Source of the DNA: a virus
Virus record (IMG/VR): IMGVR_UViG_3300025876_000005
Location: 72,643 to 136,642 of that record
Strand: one strand, 5' to 3'
Length of the DNA: 64,000 nt
A program made the position numbers and the translations under genes. Each line of letters opens with the position of its first letter. Position 1 is the first letter of the stretch. Under the pieces are notes generated by a model. That model saw nothing but the letters and a program-made list of their open reading frames with translations. It ran no database searches and was not told the DNA's origin. Shown one piece after another: positions 18,848-29,465 of this stretch.

Positions 18848-19969
18848 ATGGCAAAAACTAAGAATAAAGAGTTCAGCTTTGACGATATTAACGCTGAATT
18901 AGCAAACTTAAATCCATTAGGTTCAGTAATGGAACACTCTAGTTTTAGTGAAGTTACAGAGTGGATTGACACTGGTAACTACCACTTAAATGCATGTGTT
19001 AGTGGAACTCTATTTGGTGGTTGGCCAAACAACAGATCTTGCTCAATTGCAGGACCTTCTGGAACCGGTAAGACATATCTAATTCTAAACTCAATCCATC
19101 GTGCGATTGAAATGGGCTACAACATCATATTTTATGATTCAGAAGCCGCTGTTGATAGAGACCTTATGAAGAAATTCGGTATTGACACTACTAAAGTTAA
19201 CTATCAGCCGGTAAACACAGTACAAGATTTTAGAACCTCTATTACTACGATCACATCTAGAATGCAAGAGGCCAAGCGTGCTGGTGCTGAACTACCTAAG
19301 ATGATGTTTATCTTAGATTCAGCAGGTAACTTAGCTACGGCCAAAGAGATTGAAGATGCTAAGTCAGGCAGTGACAAGTCTGATATGACACGCTCTAAAG
19401 TGCTTAAGTCAATCTTTAGAATTATCATGACACCAATGGCCGACTTAAAGATTCCTTTTATCTTTACTAACCATACATACCAGACACAGAGCTTTATTTC
19501 ACAGCAAGTTGCCGGTGGTGGTACAGGACCTGAATATGCAGCATCAATCGTACTCTTTTTAAACAAGGCACAGCTCAAAGAAGGTGGTGAAAAGGCCGGT
19601 ATTATTGTAACTGCAAAACCAAACAAGAACAGATTTGCAAAACCAAATCCAATTAAGTTTCATCTACACTTTAGTGAAGGTATGAACAGATACGTAGGTC
19701 TAGAGAACTACATTGACTGGGAAGATATTGGTATTGCACGTGGCAGTATTGAAAAAGGCCAGAAAGTGCCAAAGGCAACGGCTCGTGGCTGGATCTGTAA
19801 GCACCTAGAAGAGGTTATACCTAACAACGAATTCTTTACCGATAAGGTCTTTACCCAAGAAGTTCTTGAGAAGATTGATAAGAAAATCTACGACCTGTTC
19901 AACTACAATACAGACGTTCAGTTTGATGTAGACGATATTATGGAAAGTACGGTAGAAGATGAGGATTAA
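18848..19969 (+). CDS. uvsX: RecA-like recombinase (UvsX)
   Basis: Walker A GPSGTGKT, YDSE, ILDSAG, TNHTY and GGG.G..YAAS. Confidence 0.92.
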   Translation: MAKTKNKEFSFDDINAELANLNPLGSVMEHSSFSEVTEWIDTGNYHLNACVSGTLFGGWPNNRSCSIAGPSGTGKTYLILNSIHRAIEMGYNIIFYDSEAAVDRDLMKKFGIDTTKVNYQPVNTVQDFRTSITTITSRMQEAKRAGAELPKMMFILDSAGNLATAKEIEDAKSGSDKSDMTRSKVLKSIFRIIMTPMADLKIPFIFTNHTYQTQSFISQQVAGGGTGPEYAASIVLFLNKAQLKEGGEKAGIIVTAKPNKNRFAKPNPIKFHLHFSEGMNRYVGLENYIDWEDIGIARGSIEKGQKVPKATARGWICKHLEEVIPNNEFFTDKVFTQEVLEKIDKKIYDLFNYNTDVQFDVDDIMESTVEDED

Positions 19970-20258
19970 TGAAGATAAGCTGCCGATTAAATATGTGATT
20001 GGTATTGAGAAAGATCTACCGGGCTGGCCAACAGGCATGGACATTGTCTATAATGAAATTACAATGTGTGTGCGTAACACAGACAGATATAAAGGTACTT
20101 TCACTCTACACGCTTTAAAAACATACCGTTTCCCAGAAGTAGAAGAAGAACATCTAGTGGCCTCATTAAACGAGGCTGTTACCGATGGTCTACTAGAACA
20201 AACTAACCAAGAAGAGGGCAAAGAGGCTTATAAGATTCTAATGAATCCATTTGAGTAA
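19959..20258 (+). CDS. Hypothetical protein
   Basis: 99-aa ORF overlapping the end of uvsX. Confidence 0.6.
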   Translation: MRINEDKLPIKYVIGIEKDLPGWPTGMDIVYNEITMCVRNTDRYKGTFTLHALKTYRFPEVEEEHLVASLNEAVTDGLLEQTNQEEGKEAYKILMNPFE

Positions 20259-20281
20259 ACCTCATATAACAATAAAAATAT

Positions 20282-21598
20282 ATGCAATTCGGACAAGACT
20301 TTGAGAAGATATTCTTTAGACTATCTTTGGCCAAGCCAAAATATCTACAAGCTATTAAGACTGACTATTATCAGTCTGAAGAGATTGATATTTTAAGCTA
20401 TCTTGCAAACAAGTTTTATGTTAAGTTCAATGAGACACCATCAAAGGACCAACTAAAACTACTTGCACAGAACAGCAAGCGAGCTAAAGAAAAAGTCACA
20501 GACAGCATCTTAGACCTGCTCTTTGACGTTGATCTAGATCAGTATGATGATGAGTGGCTAACAGATACTGCAGAGTCTTGGATTAAATGGAAAACATTTA
20601 ACACATCACTTACTGATACAATTGAGTTTATTAAGACAACTCAAGTTACACCAGAGAATACTGAGAGTATTATTCAGAAAGTTAAAGGCTTAATCAACGA
20701 ACGTAACAACATTACCTTTAACTCAGATCTGGGTCTAGACTTCTTTAACCCAGAAGATCACGATCAGAAAGAGACTGATAAAGTAAGCTCTGGTTACAAC
20801 TTTGTTGATAGACTACTTGGTGGTGGTTATGACAAAGGCGGTAACTTAATCGTTTATGCTGGTGAACAAAACATTGGTAAATCAATTTATCTAGCTAACG
20901 ACGCAGCAAGCTTTGTTAAGATGGGCACAAACACCGTTGTAATTACAGCGGAAATGGCAGCACATAAGTTTGTAAAACGTATTGGTTCAAACTTACTATC
21001 GATTAATATAAGTGAATATGCTGACAAGTCTAAGAACAGAGACTTAATGAAGCGTAAGCTTGAGACCGTGGGTGATGGCTTTACTCCTCCTGGTCAACTC
21101 TTTGTTAAACAAATGCCAACGTCACAAGCAACAGTACTTGATATTGAGGCTTATGTTAGTCAGATTGAAGAAGAACGTCAGATTAAAATCGGTGCAGTTA
21201 TAATTGACTACATAAACATTTTGGCCAACTACCGTAACTTAAATACGGAGAATACATATATGAAGATTAAGCAGATTGCAGAGGACTTAAGAGCAATGGG
21301 TCAACGCAATGACTGGTTGATCGTAACAGCAACTCAGATTACACGAAGCGGTTATAACTCAAGCGACATTACAATGTCCGACATTGCAGAATCAGCTGGT
21401 CTATCACACACTGCCGATATTATGTACGGTATTATTCAAGATGATCTAATGCGAGCAAATGAAGAATACTGGCTTAAGATCTTAAAGATAAGAGACGGTG
21501 AAGGAAAGGGCACTAAATGTAAGTTGAACATCAACTGGAACTATATGCGCCTAATAGAAACAGAAGAATTAAGCACATCAAATTTACACGGAATATAA
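20282..21598 (+). CDS. gp41: Replicative DnaB-like helicase (gp41)
   Basis: GEQNIGKS, ITAEM, IDYINI, ATQITR and AESAGLSHTAD. Confidence 0.92.
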   Translation: MQFGQDFEKIFFRLSLAKPKYLQAIKTDYYQSEEIDILSYLANKFYVKFNETPSKDQLKLLAQNSKRAKEKVTDSILDLLFDVDLDQYDDEWLTDTAESWIKWKTFNTSLTDTIEFIKTTQVTPENTESIIQKVKGLINERNNITFNSDLGLDFFNPEDHDQKETDKVSSGYNFVDRLLGGGYDKGGNLIVYAGEQNIGKSIYLANDAASFVKMGTNTVVITAEMAAHKFVKRIGSNLLSINISEYADKSKNRDLMKRKLETVGDGFTPPGQLFVKQMPTSQATVLDIEAYVSQIEEERQIKIGAVIIDYINILANYRNLNTENTYMKIKQIAEDLRAMGQRNDWLIVTATQITRSGYNSSDITMSDIAESAGLSHTADIMYGIIQDDLMRANEEYWLKILKIRDGEGKGTKCKLNINWNYMRLIETEELSTSNLHGI

Positions 21599-22035
21599 TG
21601 AATAGAGATAAAATATTTGACAATAACTTTGATTCACCGGATTTTGAGATAAATTCAAACATGTCGTTTGAACTCGATTCTAGTTTCAAAGACACCCTAG
21701 ATGAAGACATCAAGATTCATTATGACATGATTGCCAATAAGATCCATAAATTGATCGAGCTTTCACGTTTTAAGCAGTTTAATGATGTTGATGACCTAGG
21801 TAGATGTAAGAAGCTGAAGAAGTCAGACATCAACGATGTATATGGTTACATTGTTGATGAGATGAAAGCTAAATTTAGCAGAATAGACATTTTTAGCGAA
21901 ATGTGTGTGTACTTCGATATTAAACCTGATAAGTTTTATAGTTCATTGAGTAACGTCTACAAAGAAGACTTAATTCAAGAACTAGATTTAAGAACTGGTG
22001 TTTTAGAGAGAAAAAACATTAACAAGTTATTTTAA
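21598..22035 (+). CDS. Hypothetical protein
   Basis: 145-aa ORF translationally coupled (TAATG) to the helicase. Confidence 0.6.
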   Translation: MNRDKIFDNNFDSPDFEINSNMSFELDSSFKDTLDEDIKIHYDMIANKIHKLIELSRFKQFNDVDDLGRCKKLKKSDINDVYGYIVDEMKAKFSRIDIFSEMCVYFDIKPDKFYSSLSNVYKEDLIQELDLRTGVLERKNINKLF

Positions 22036-23151
22036 ATGATTGAGCCTAAAGTAATTGAAGCAGGAGCGAAAAGGGTTTGGGTATTAGGCGATCTTCATTT
22101 TGGCGTTAGAGCCAATTCACAAGAGTGGTTAGCTATCCAAAAGCAGTTTTTCGAAGAATTGTTTATCCCAACATTAAAGAAGCATGTAAAGCCAGGTGAT
22201 GTTTTAGTCCAGGTTGGTGATACATTTGACAACAGACAGAGTATTAATATCAAAGTATTAAACTATGCTGTTGATCTATTTGAGAGACTTGGTGAAATTC
22301 TACCAGTCTATGTTATTGTCGGAAACCACGATATTTGGGCAAAGAAAACAAATGAAGTATCATCAATCGATACTTTAAAATGGATTCCAAACGTACAGAT
22401 CTATAAGGACCCTGAACTTTTAAAATGGTCCGGTAGAAATATACTACTGATGCCATGGCGTAGAGATACTACGCATGAGACTGAGACACTGGCAGAATAC
22501 CCACAGTCAGATGTTGTATTCTGTCATTCAGAAGTTAAAGGCATCTACCTAAACTCTAAAGTACGTAATGAGCATGGTACCGAGACCAATGTTTACAGTA
22601 AGTATACTAGAGTCTACAGTGGCCACATCCACTACCGACAAGAGAAGGATAAACTCTTGATGGTTGGTGTGCCTTACCAGCTAACAAGATCAGACGCTAA
22701 CAATCCGAAAGGCTTCGACCTGGTTGATTTAGAAGACATGTCAGAGACCTTCTTTGAAAACCATATATCACCACGTTTTGTTAAATACAACATCACACAA
22801 CTCTTCGATATAACTCTAGGAAGCTTTAAGAAGCAGATTAACAATAACTTTGTAGATCTGTTTGTACCAAGCCAAATTGCAAGCACAAGTGCTCTAAGCC
22901 ATCTGGTTAATAAGATCCAACATGTTAGTCGTAGATTAGAACCCAACATCTACCAAGAAGAGAACTGGATCGACAAGGATTTTCATGACATCGACAAGAT
23001 TGAAGAAATGTACAAGGATTATAACATCATGAATCTATGTAACATGTACGTTGAAGGTATTCAAGAAGACGATGAGTTGAAACAAAAGCTAAAAGATAAG
23101 CTAAAACAACTGTACACGCAAGCTGCGTACAATTACGAGACTGACGAATGA
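22036..23151 (+). CDS. gp47: Mre11/SbcD-like recombination nuclease (gp47)
   Basis: GDLHFG, GDTFD, GNHD and SGHIH phosphoesterase motifs. Confidence 0.92.
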   Translation: MIEPKVIEAGAKRVWVLGDLHFGVRANSQEWLAIQKQFFEELFIPTLKKHVKPGDVLVQVGDTFDNRQSINIKVLNYAVDLFERLGEILPVYVIVGNHDIWAKKTNEVSSIDTLKWIPNVQIYKDPELLKWSGRNILLMPWRRDTTHETETLAEYPQSDVVFCHSEVKGIYLNSKVRNEHGTETNVYSKYTRVYSGHIHYRQEKDKLLMVGVPYQLTRSDANNPKGFDLVDLEDMSETFFENHISPRFVKYNITQLFDITLGSFKKQINNNFVDLFVPSQIASTSALSHLVNKIQHVSRRLEPNIYQEENWIDKDFHDIDKIEEMYKDYNIMNLCNMYVEGIQEDDELKQKLKDKLKQLYTQAAYNYETDE

Positions 23152-24818
23152 GAATAGATTACATTGAGTTTAAAAACTTTGCGAGTTACGGTAATCAAAA
23201 ACAGAGGCTAGAATTCAAAAAAGATGGCTCAGAGTTATTTTTAACTCTAGGTAAGAATGGTGATGGTAAAACAACTATCGCTAACGCCATTATTTTTGCA
23301 CTCTACGGTAAAGTAGAGGGTGTAAAGTTAAGTGATCTGCCAAACAGAATCAACAAAGAACTTTGGGTTAAGGTTGGTATTCAGTGTGGCACGATCAATG
23401 TTGAGATTGAGCGCGGTCTTGCACCTACTAAGTTTAACGTACTAATCAACGGCGTTGAGTTTGACAAAGCAGGCAAGCGCAGCGTCCAAGAGTACTTGGA
23501 AGAAGAGGTCTATGGTATACCGTATCATGTCTTCAAGAATATTATCATTCTTTCAATCAATGACTTTAAGTCTTTCTTGACAATGAATGGCGCCGACAAA
23601 CGCCAGATTATTGACAGGATGTTTGGCTTTTCAATCTTAAACGATATGCAGCGCGCAATCAAAGAAGAGCGCAAGTCGGTTAAGATGGACATTGACAACT
23701 ATGAATCTGAGTTAAATCAGATCATGGAGTCAATCAAGTCAGTACGCCATAAGCTCAATACGCTGCTTGAAGAATCAAGTGAGAAGAATGCTAGTAAGAT
23801 TAAAGAGCTAAAAGAGAGTCTGGTTGCCTTGAACGAAGAGGCTAAAACAATGAAGGTCGATGCAGATCAGATCAGCGAGAACATTACACTTAAGAAGGAC
23901 GAATATGAAAGCCAAAGAACAGATGCCAGCTCTTTAAAGCATGAGCTTGACTATCTTAAGAAGAAGCTAGAGTTATATGAAGATGGGCACTGTCCAACTT
24001 GTGAAACTAAGCTAGACTCAGAGTGGCATATGGAGAAGAAAGATGAGTATGCTACTAAGATTGAAGAGGACACTAAGAAGATCAAGTCAATTAAACTTGA
24101 GATGGATGCAATCACTGCGAACGCAACAGAGCTAAAAGAGTCTAAGAAGAGCATCGATACAAAGATCAACGACATTAAGTATAACATGAAGTCAATGAAG
24201 GCAGAACTTGTCAAGATTAAAGAGACTTCAAGTGGTGATGAGTTTGACCATCTTAAGAGCTTGATTGAACAGTTTGAAGAATCTGAAATTGAGAAATCAA
24301 ACAAGCGCGATCAGCTAAGCGGCGACTATAACTTTATGAGCATTGTTGAGCAAGTCTTAGGTGAAGATGGTGTTAAGAATCTAGCGGTAAAGACAATCTT
24401 ACCAGGCTTAAATGCGAACATTGCAGCGATGGCTCAAACAATGCACTTACCTTTCCATATTCGATTTGATGAGAAGTTTAACTGTATTATCAATCACCTT
24501 GGTGAAGATATTAACCCGTTAACCTTATCAACGGGTGAGCGTAAGAAAGCAGACTTTATTATTATCATAGCTATTATTAAGATCTTGAAGCTAAGGTTCC
24601 CACAACTGAACTTACTCTTCTTAGATGAGTTATTGAGTTCAGTTGACCACGACGGCGTCTACAATATTCTAAAGATCTTAAACCAGGTTATTAAAGAGAA
24701 CAAGATTAATACCTTTGTGATTAACCATACGGTTCTGCCACATGAGATCTTTGATAAGAAGATTCAGATCTACAGAGAGAACGGCTTTTCTAAGTTCGAG
24801 ATCGGCAGCATAGAATAA
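23148..24818 (+). CDS. gp46: Rad50/SbcC-like ABC ATPase (gp46)
   Basis: GKNGDGKT, CPTC zinc hook within a coiled coil, LSTGE signature and LFLDE. Confidence 0.93.
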   Translation: MRIDYIEFKNFASYGNQKQRLEFKKDGSELFLTLGKNGDGKTTIANAIIFALYGKVEGVKLSDLPNRINKELWVKVGIQCGTINVEIERGLAPTKFNVLINGVEFDKAGKRSVQEYLEEEVYGIPYHVFKNIIILSINDFKSFLTMNGADKRQIIDRMFGFSILNDMQRAIKEERKSVKMDIDNYESELNQIMESIKSVRHKLNTLLEESSEKNASKIKELKESLVALNEEAKTMKVDADQISENITLKKDEYESQRTDASSLKHELDYLKKKLELYEDGHCPTCETKLDSEWHMEKKDEYATKIEEDTKKIKSIKLEMDAITANATELKESKKSIDTKINDIKYNMKSMKAELVKIKETSSGDEFDHLKSLIEQFEESEIEKSNKRDQLSGDYNFMSIVEQVLGEDGVKNLAVKTILPGLNANIAAMAQTMHLPFHIRFDEKFNCIINHLGEDINPLTLSTGERKKADFIIIIAIIKILKLRFPQLNLLFLDELLSSVDHDGVYNILKILNQVIKENKINTFVINHTVLPHEIFDKKIQIYRENGFSKFEIGSIE

Positions 24819-24865
24819 CATAATAATTCAGTAGGATATATACTAAAAAACAAACATATTCTACA

Positions 24866-26218
24866 ATGCACTTTTTAGATTTTAATAGCTTTCTTAACGA
24901 AGCGCAAGTAATGAAAACTACGGGCATGTTTGACGCTAAGTTAGACAAGGCTGCAGATGTTATCATGGCATACTTGAACAAGAAGACTGGCGATGACTAC
25001 AAGAAATTCCCATACATTTTAGTACACAGAATTGACGGTGCTGAAGATCCAGGTATCATGCTCTACTCTAATAAGTCTGACAAGGCTGTTAGAATCGGTG
25101 GTCAAAGTAAAGGACCTGGTATTGTAGGTTCTCTTGCTTTTTACTCAAAGCACTATACTGAAGTTGCTGACTTCATGGTTACTTCAGATCAGTTTCCAAT
25201 CGTTAAATTAATTGATGAGTTTGTTAGACTGATGGATGCTAAATACGTTAAGCAGATTGCAGAATCATATGATGCTCTTAACGAAGCTGCTTCAGACTAT
25301 GCATTTAGCCAGGCTGAAATCAATGAGATTAATAAGCTTCTAGACAAGAAGATGCCGGTAACTAAGATTGCTAAGAAGATGGATATTCCATATAGATCAG
25401 TCTTAAAGGTAAAGCGTAATATTTCTTCTGGTGAAGTTAAATCTAACATGGAAGTTAAAAACGAACAGACTCTTGATGATAAAGTGAAGTTCTTAGAGGA
25501 AACCATTGAAGACATCTATCAAATCTCAAGAAAAGTTGCAGCAGGTGCATTCAACTCACTCTTTATTTCAGGCCGAGCAGGTACTGGTAAAACATACAAC
25601 GTTGAAAAAGCAATGCAAGATGAAGGTCTTGAAGAAGGTGAAGACTGGATATTGGTTTCAGGTGCAGCATCACCAATTATGATGTTCAAGAAGTTCTATC
25701 AATTTAGAAATAAGACTCTAGTCTTTGATGATTGTGACTCGGTATTTAGAGATGAGAATGGCCGTAACATGCTTAAAGCAGCTCTTGATACTAAAGCTGT
25801 TAGAAAGATTAGCTGGATGAAGAAGTCTTCAATTGTATTTGACCCAAAAGATTTTGAAAATAACCCAGAAGCAGAATTTAACGCGCTAGAATCAGGTCTT
25901 GTACCAAACAAATTTGAATTTGCAGGTCGTGTAATTTTTATCTCTAACTTAGAGAAAGAGAAAGCAGATCCAGATGGCGCAATTCGTTCTAGATCGATCC
26001 TAATTGATGTGGCACCAGATGATGCTACATTAATGGAGCGTATGAAGAAGTTACTTCCTTATCTAGAACCAACTGATATGCCAGTGAACGAGAAAGAGGA
26101 GATCTATGAGTTCATGAAGAATGCAGGTGATGTTTCAATGAGAACATTCGTAAAAGCTGCAGGCTTTAAAAGAGCAGGTCTTTCTGACTGGCAAAGAATG
26201 GCACAGAGATACTTATAA
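24866..26218 (+). CDS. AAA+ ATPase with capsid-targeting-like N-terminus
   Basis: Walker A GRAGTGKT, Walker B LVFDDCD; starts MHFLDFNSFLNE; GATATATA at 24835. Confidence 0.75.
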   Translation: MHFLDFNSFLNEAQVMKTTGMFDAKLDKAADVIMAYLNKKTGDDYKKFPYILVHRIDGAEDPGIMLYSNKSDKAVRIGGQSKGPGIVGSLAFYSKHYTEVADFMVTSDQFPIVKLIDEFVRLMDAKYVKQIAESYDALNEAASDYAFSQAEINEINKLLDKKMPVTKIAKKMDIPYRSVLKVKRNISSGEVKSNMEVKNEQTLDDKVKFLEETIEDIYQISRKVAAGAFNSLFISGRAGTGKTYNVEKAMQDEGLEEGEDWILVSGAASPIMMFKKFYQFRNKTLVFDDCDSVFRDENGRNMLKAALDTKAVRKISWMKKSSIVFDPKDFENNPEAEFNALESGLVPNKFEFAGRVIFISNLEKEKADPDGAIRSRSILIDVAPDDATLMERMKKLLPYLEPTDMPVNEKEEIYEFMKNAGDVSMRTFVKAAGFKRAGLSDWQRMAQRYL

Positions 26219-26221
26219 TAA

Positions 26222-27307
26222 ATGGCAAGTTACAATCTAAAATACAACAAGGATGACTCAGTTATCCGACATATTATCATTGGTCTACTTGCAGATCTTA
26301 ACAATAAGTTAAGCATCTCAAGGCAGCTGACTAACGATAATAGAGTTGTAGTAGATGTGCCTTTCTATTATGCTGTTTCTGGTGATGAAAACTTCATGCG
26401 TGATAACTTTCTTTTCAGTACTTTGAATGGTGAGAATTGTGACGTAGATCCAACAAAAGCAGATGGCAACTATGACCGCGTACCAAGAGGTATTGTTAAT
26501 CTAACGTCATTTGCAGTAGATCCTTCAAAGCTAGTTAACAAACGTAATCTAGGCAATTACAATAGACTTAACCCAGAAGATGGTATGCTTGAGTCTTTTG
26601 TGGCTGAATTTGAAATGATTCCAGTAGTGTTAGGCGTTGATGTTGAAATTATAGTTTCAAGTCAGTTAGACCTTTTTAAAGTAACTGAGGCTATCATCAA
26701 GAAGATGTATAAAGCCAATTCGTACCACGTTGATGCAGGCCATCTAGAGGACGGTACTTACAGAATTAGTTCTGAGTATGCAATGCCAGATGACTATACA
26801 ATGGAGAGGCCGATTGAGTACGGCTTTGATGATAAAGGTAATCATAAGGTTACTTTTAGTCTAGAGATAAATTCATTCATGCCTTCATTTGACTTTGAAG
26901 AAGATGCTTATCAAACACTGACATTCACAACAACTGACGGTGGTAACTACATTGGTAATATAGAAGATCCAAATGGAGTATTAACATCTGAAACCACTTC
27001 TGTATATTACAGTGAAGACTATTTAAAATTATGGCAATATGTAGGTTCTGGATCTCCAGAATCTGGATGGACACTTACACATGAGGGTCAAGACGCTATT
27101 GACGAGGCTACTGCTACAGTTTTAACTGAAACACCAACAGACACGATAGAATATGAACGTAGAATATCTAAGCGTAGAAAAGCATCCAACAGAATGTTCA
27201 CTATTGGTAATTCAAGCCTAAACACAATCAACGATAATGAAGACGGTAAATCTGCATTGGGTGATGATTATAGTGTCACTGGTAGAGACCTTCCATTTAA
27301 CGAGTAA
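26222..27307 (+). CDS. gp15: Tail terminator / sheath stabilizer (gp15-like)
   Basis: IRHIIIG...VPFYY...VPRG...PVVLGVDVEI...QLDLFKVTEAI pattern resembles T4 gp15. Confidence 0.6.
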   Translation: MASYNLKYNKDDSVIRHIIIGLLADLNNKLSISRQLTNDNRVVVDVPFYYAVSGDENFMRDNFLFSTLNGENCDVDPTKADGNYDRVPRGIVNLTSFAVDPSKLVNKRNLGNYNRLNPEDGMLESFVAEFEMIPVVLGVDVEIIVSSQLDLFKVTEAIIKKMYKANSYHVDAGHLEDGTYRISSEYAMPDDYTMERPIEYGFDDKGNHKVTFSLEINSFMPSFDFEEDAYQTLTFTTTDGGNYIGNIEDPNGVLTSETTSVYYSEDYLKLWQYVGSGSPESGWTLTHEGQDAIDEATATVLTETPTDTIEYERRISKRRKASNRMFTIGNSSLNTINDNEDGKSALGDDYSVTGRDLPFNE

Positions 27308-27348
27308 ATTAGACAGATATATAATTAAACAAAAAATCAAAATACGAA

Positions 27349-28521
27349 ATGACTAAATTAAGAAAAGGCATCATTTCGCCAACAGAAAAACAAGGCGTAG
27401 GTTACATCTTTGAGACTGCCGGCAAACTATTTAAAGTTACTGGTAATATCATTAAAGAAGCAACTGGAGCATCTGAAGAGTTTAACGCTCTATCAAAGGC
27501 TCTTGAGGCTTTCAAGGTAGATGAATCTGGCATTCAGTTTAACTATGACTTAAACAAAAAGTCACAGATCACTGATCTGAACGAGGCGAAGTCTAAAAAC
27601 TACGACGAATTAGTTGGTCTACAAGATAAAGCTGAATTCCTTAAGACTGAGTTAAAAGAATCTAAGTTAGCCGGTAAGAAAGCAGCTACTACTGAATTAG
27701 AAAAAGAATTAGCAGAAGTTAATGAAACTATCTTAACTTTAACCAACAGTGGTATTCAAGTAACCTTTAAATACGATGCTAACGAGAATAAGACTTTTAT
27801 TGGCAACCGTGAGGTTATCACAGAAGGTGTTACAGAACAAGCTTTTGCATCAGCATTAATTAGATATGAAGATAAAGGTCTTCTGAATCTATTTGAAACG
27901 GCTGCTAAAAACTTCGGTATGTACAACATCCTAGAATTCGTAACTGAGTCTCAACTTGGAGATGTAAAAGTTTCTACAATCCGTACTGAGAATAGAGTAT
28001 ATGCTTGGAGAATTAACGAGGCAACTAGAATCGGTAAGTTTATTCAAATGGAGCCACAAGAATTAATCAACTACGTTGCTGAAGAAACAGGAGCAGATAT
28101 TACAGCTTCAGTTCAAGATCTATTAGATGGTATTAAAGAACAAGTTGAAGATAGAGAGAATGCAGTTGCTTTAAGAAGAGAGATGATCTCATTCTTACAG
28201 GATCAAAAAGGTAGACTTGCAGAAGCAGATAGAAATATACCAGCTATTAAAGAAGCAGATCATTTCTTAAGCTCTGAGATTAAAAGAATCGGTGAAGAGA
28301 TTGAATCTTTAGAGGAAGCAAAATTAGGCAGAGATGAAGGCTATCTAGAAGCTACTCTTAAAGTTGATTTTGACGGTCTAACCAAAGGTACTAAGGTATT
28401 GATAGATGCAATGGAATATTCTTCAGCTGGAAAAACAGATCTTCTGACTGTTTTTAAAGACGACAAGCCATTGAGAATTGAGAAGAGAGCAATTGAACTT
28501 CCTAGTTCAGAATTGACATAA
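27349..28521 (+). CDS. Late hypothetical protein, coiled-coil rich (probably structural)
   Basis: 390 aa; GATATATA at 27316. Confidence 0.6.
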   Translation: MTKLRKGIISPTEKQGVGYIFETAGKLFKVTGNIIKEATGASEEFNALSKALEAFKVDESGIQFNYDLNKKSQITDLNEAKSKNYDELVGLQDKAEFLKTELKESKLAGKKAATTELEKELAEVNETILTLTNSGIQVTFKYDANENKTFIGNREVITEGVTEQAFASALIRYEDKGLLNLFETAAKNFGMYNILEFVTESQLGDVKVSTIRTENRVYAWRINEATRIGKFIQMEPQELINYVAEETGADITASVQDLLDGIKEQVEDRENAVALRREMISFLQDQKGRLAEADRNIPAIKEADHFLSSEIKRIGEEIESLEEAKLGRDEGYLEATLKVDFDGLTKGTKVLIDAMEYSSAGKTDLLTVFKDDKPLRIEKRAIELPSSELT

Positions 28522-28546
28522 ATCCATTAGACTTTTAATAGTCAAG

Positions 28547-28577
28547 GAGCCCGTTTGGAAACAAATGGGCTTTTTTG
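28547..28577 (+). terminator. Terminator overlapping a middle-type promoter for gp55
   Basis: AGCCCGTTTG-GAAA-CAAATGGGCT followed by a T-run; AAAC at 28559, N17, TATAA at 28580. Confidence 0.7.
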
Positions 28578-28604
28578 TTTATAATATACATAAAAATAAA
28601 AAGA

Positions 28605-28991
28605 ATGATCCAGGTGGCTAAGAAAAAGAACTATCTCAACAATAAAGACCTTTACAACGAAATTGTAAAATCAAAAGAAGCAGGCAAGTTAACTAGAGAC
28701 GCTGAGAAGATGTTAGTGCTTCTTGCAGAACGTACAATTAGAAAATTAACCTATGTAAATGAAGATGATAGAAATGACTGTCTACAGTTTGCTCTATTAG
28801 ACTTACTTAAATACTGGCAGAACTTTAACCCAAAATATACCAACGCATTTGCATATTTTACAGAGATAGCAAAAAGAGGCTACGCAAAAGGCTGGAATAA
28901 AATTCACCCAACAAAGTATAAGAACACACTGTCAATTGACCGTATTAGTGGAAACGGCTCAGATCACGACGGTGGCATGTTTAACATCTAA
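28605..28991 (+). CDS. gp55: T4 gp55-like late sigma factor (start re-assigned from 28575)
   Basis: KNYLNNKDLYNEI, DDRNDCLQFA, NFNPKY.NAFAYFTEIA. Confidence 0.85.
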   Translation: MIQVAKKKNYLNNKDLYNEIVKSKEAGKLTRDAEKMLVLLAERTIRKLTYVNEDDRNDCLQFALLDLLKYWQNFNPKYTNAFAYFTEIAKRGYAKGWNKIHPTKYKNTLSIDRISGNGSDHDGGMFNI

Positions 28992-29464
28992 TGTCGATAA
29001 AGAACTTAAAGCCAAGTAATAATTCAGGCCACATTCAAGGTTATTTTAAACCTACTAATCCAGACAAATATATTGGCCCCACTCCCATCATCTACAGAAG
29101 TTCATGGGAGCGCAAGTTCATGATTATGTGTGACACTAGAGACCACGTGCTAAAATGGTCTAGCGAACCTGTTACAATTAAATATTGGTCATCTATAGAT
29201 AATAAAGAGCATAAATATTATCCAGACTTCTACATGAAGACCAAAACAGAAGAAGGTGAAAAAGAGTTTTTGGTTGAGGTGAAACCAGAAGCTCAGATTA
29301 AAAAGCCAAAGCCACCAACCAAGAATTCAAAAAAGGCTCTTAACTCATATAAGTTTTTGGCAGAGCAATACATAAAAAATAGAGACAAATACGCATATGC
29401 TAAGAAGTGGGCAGAAGCCCGCGGCTGGCGTTTCATTGTGCTTACTGAAAAGACTCTAGGCTAA
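28991..29464 (+). CDS. gp4: Head completion nuclease (gp4, TnsA-like fold)
   Basis: G.FKP.NP.KY.G, YRSSWE, WSSE, YYPDF and VEVKP. Confidence 0.88.
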   Translation: MSIKNLKPSNNSGHIQGYFKPTNPDKYIGPTPIIYRSSWERKFMIMCDTRDHVLKWSSEPVTIKYWSSIDNKEHKYYPDFYMKTKTEEGEKEFLVEVKPEAQIKKPKPPTKNSKKALNSYKFLAEQYIKNRDKYAYAKKWAEARGWRFIVLTEKTLG

Positions 29465-29465
29465 G

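Noticed and set aside
11425-20269. Further middle-promoter candidates at 11425 (AAAC-N15-TATAA) and 20244 (AATC-N17-TATAA)
   Set aside because: Spacing or sequence deviates from the consensus, so they were not counted as support.
28991-29464. TnsA-like nuclease as a Tn7 transposon or homing endonuclease
   Set aside because: Motifs and position beside gp2 and portal fit T4 gp4 head completion protein; no transposon ends or partner genes.
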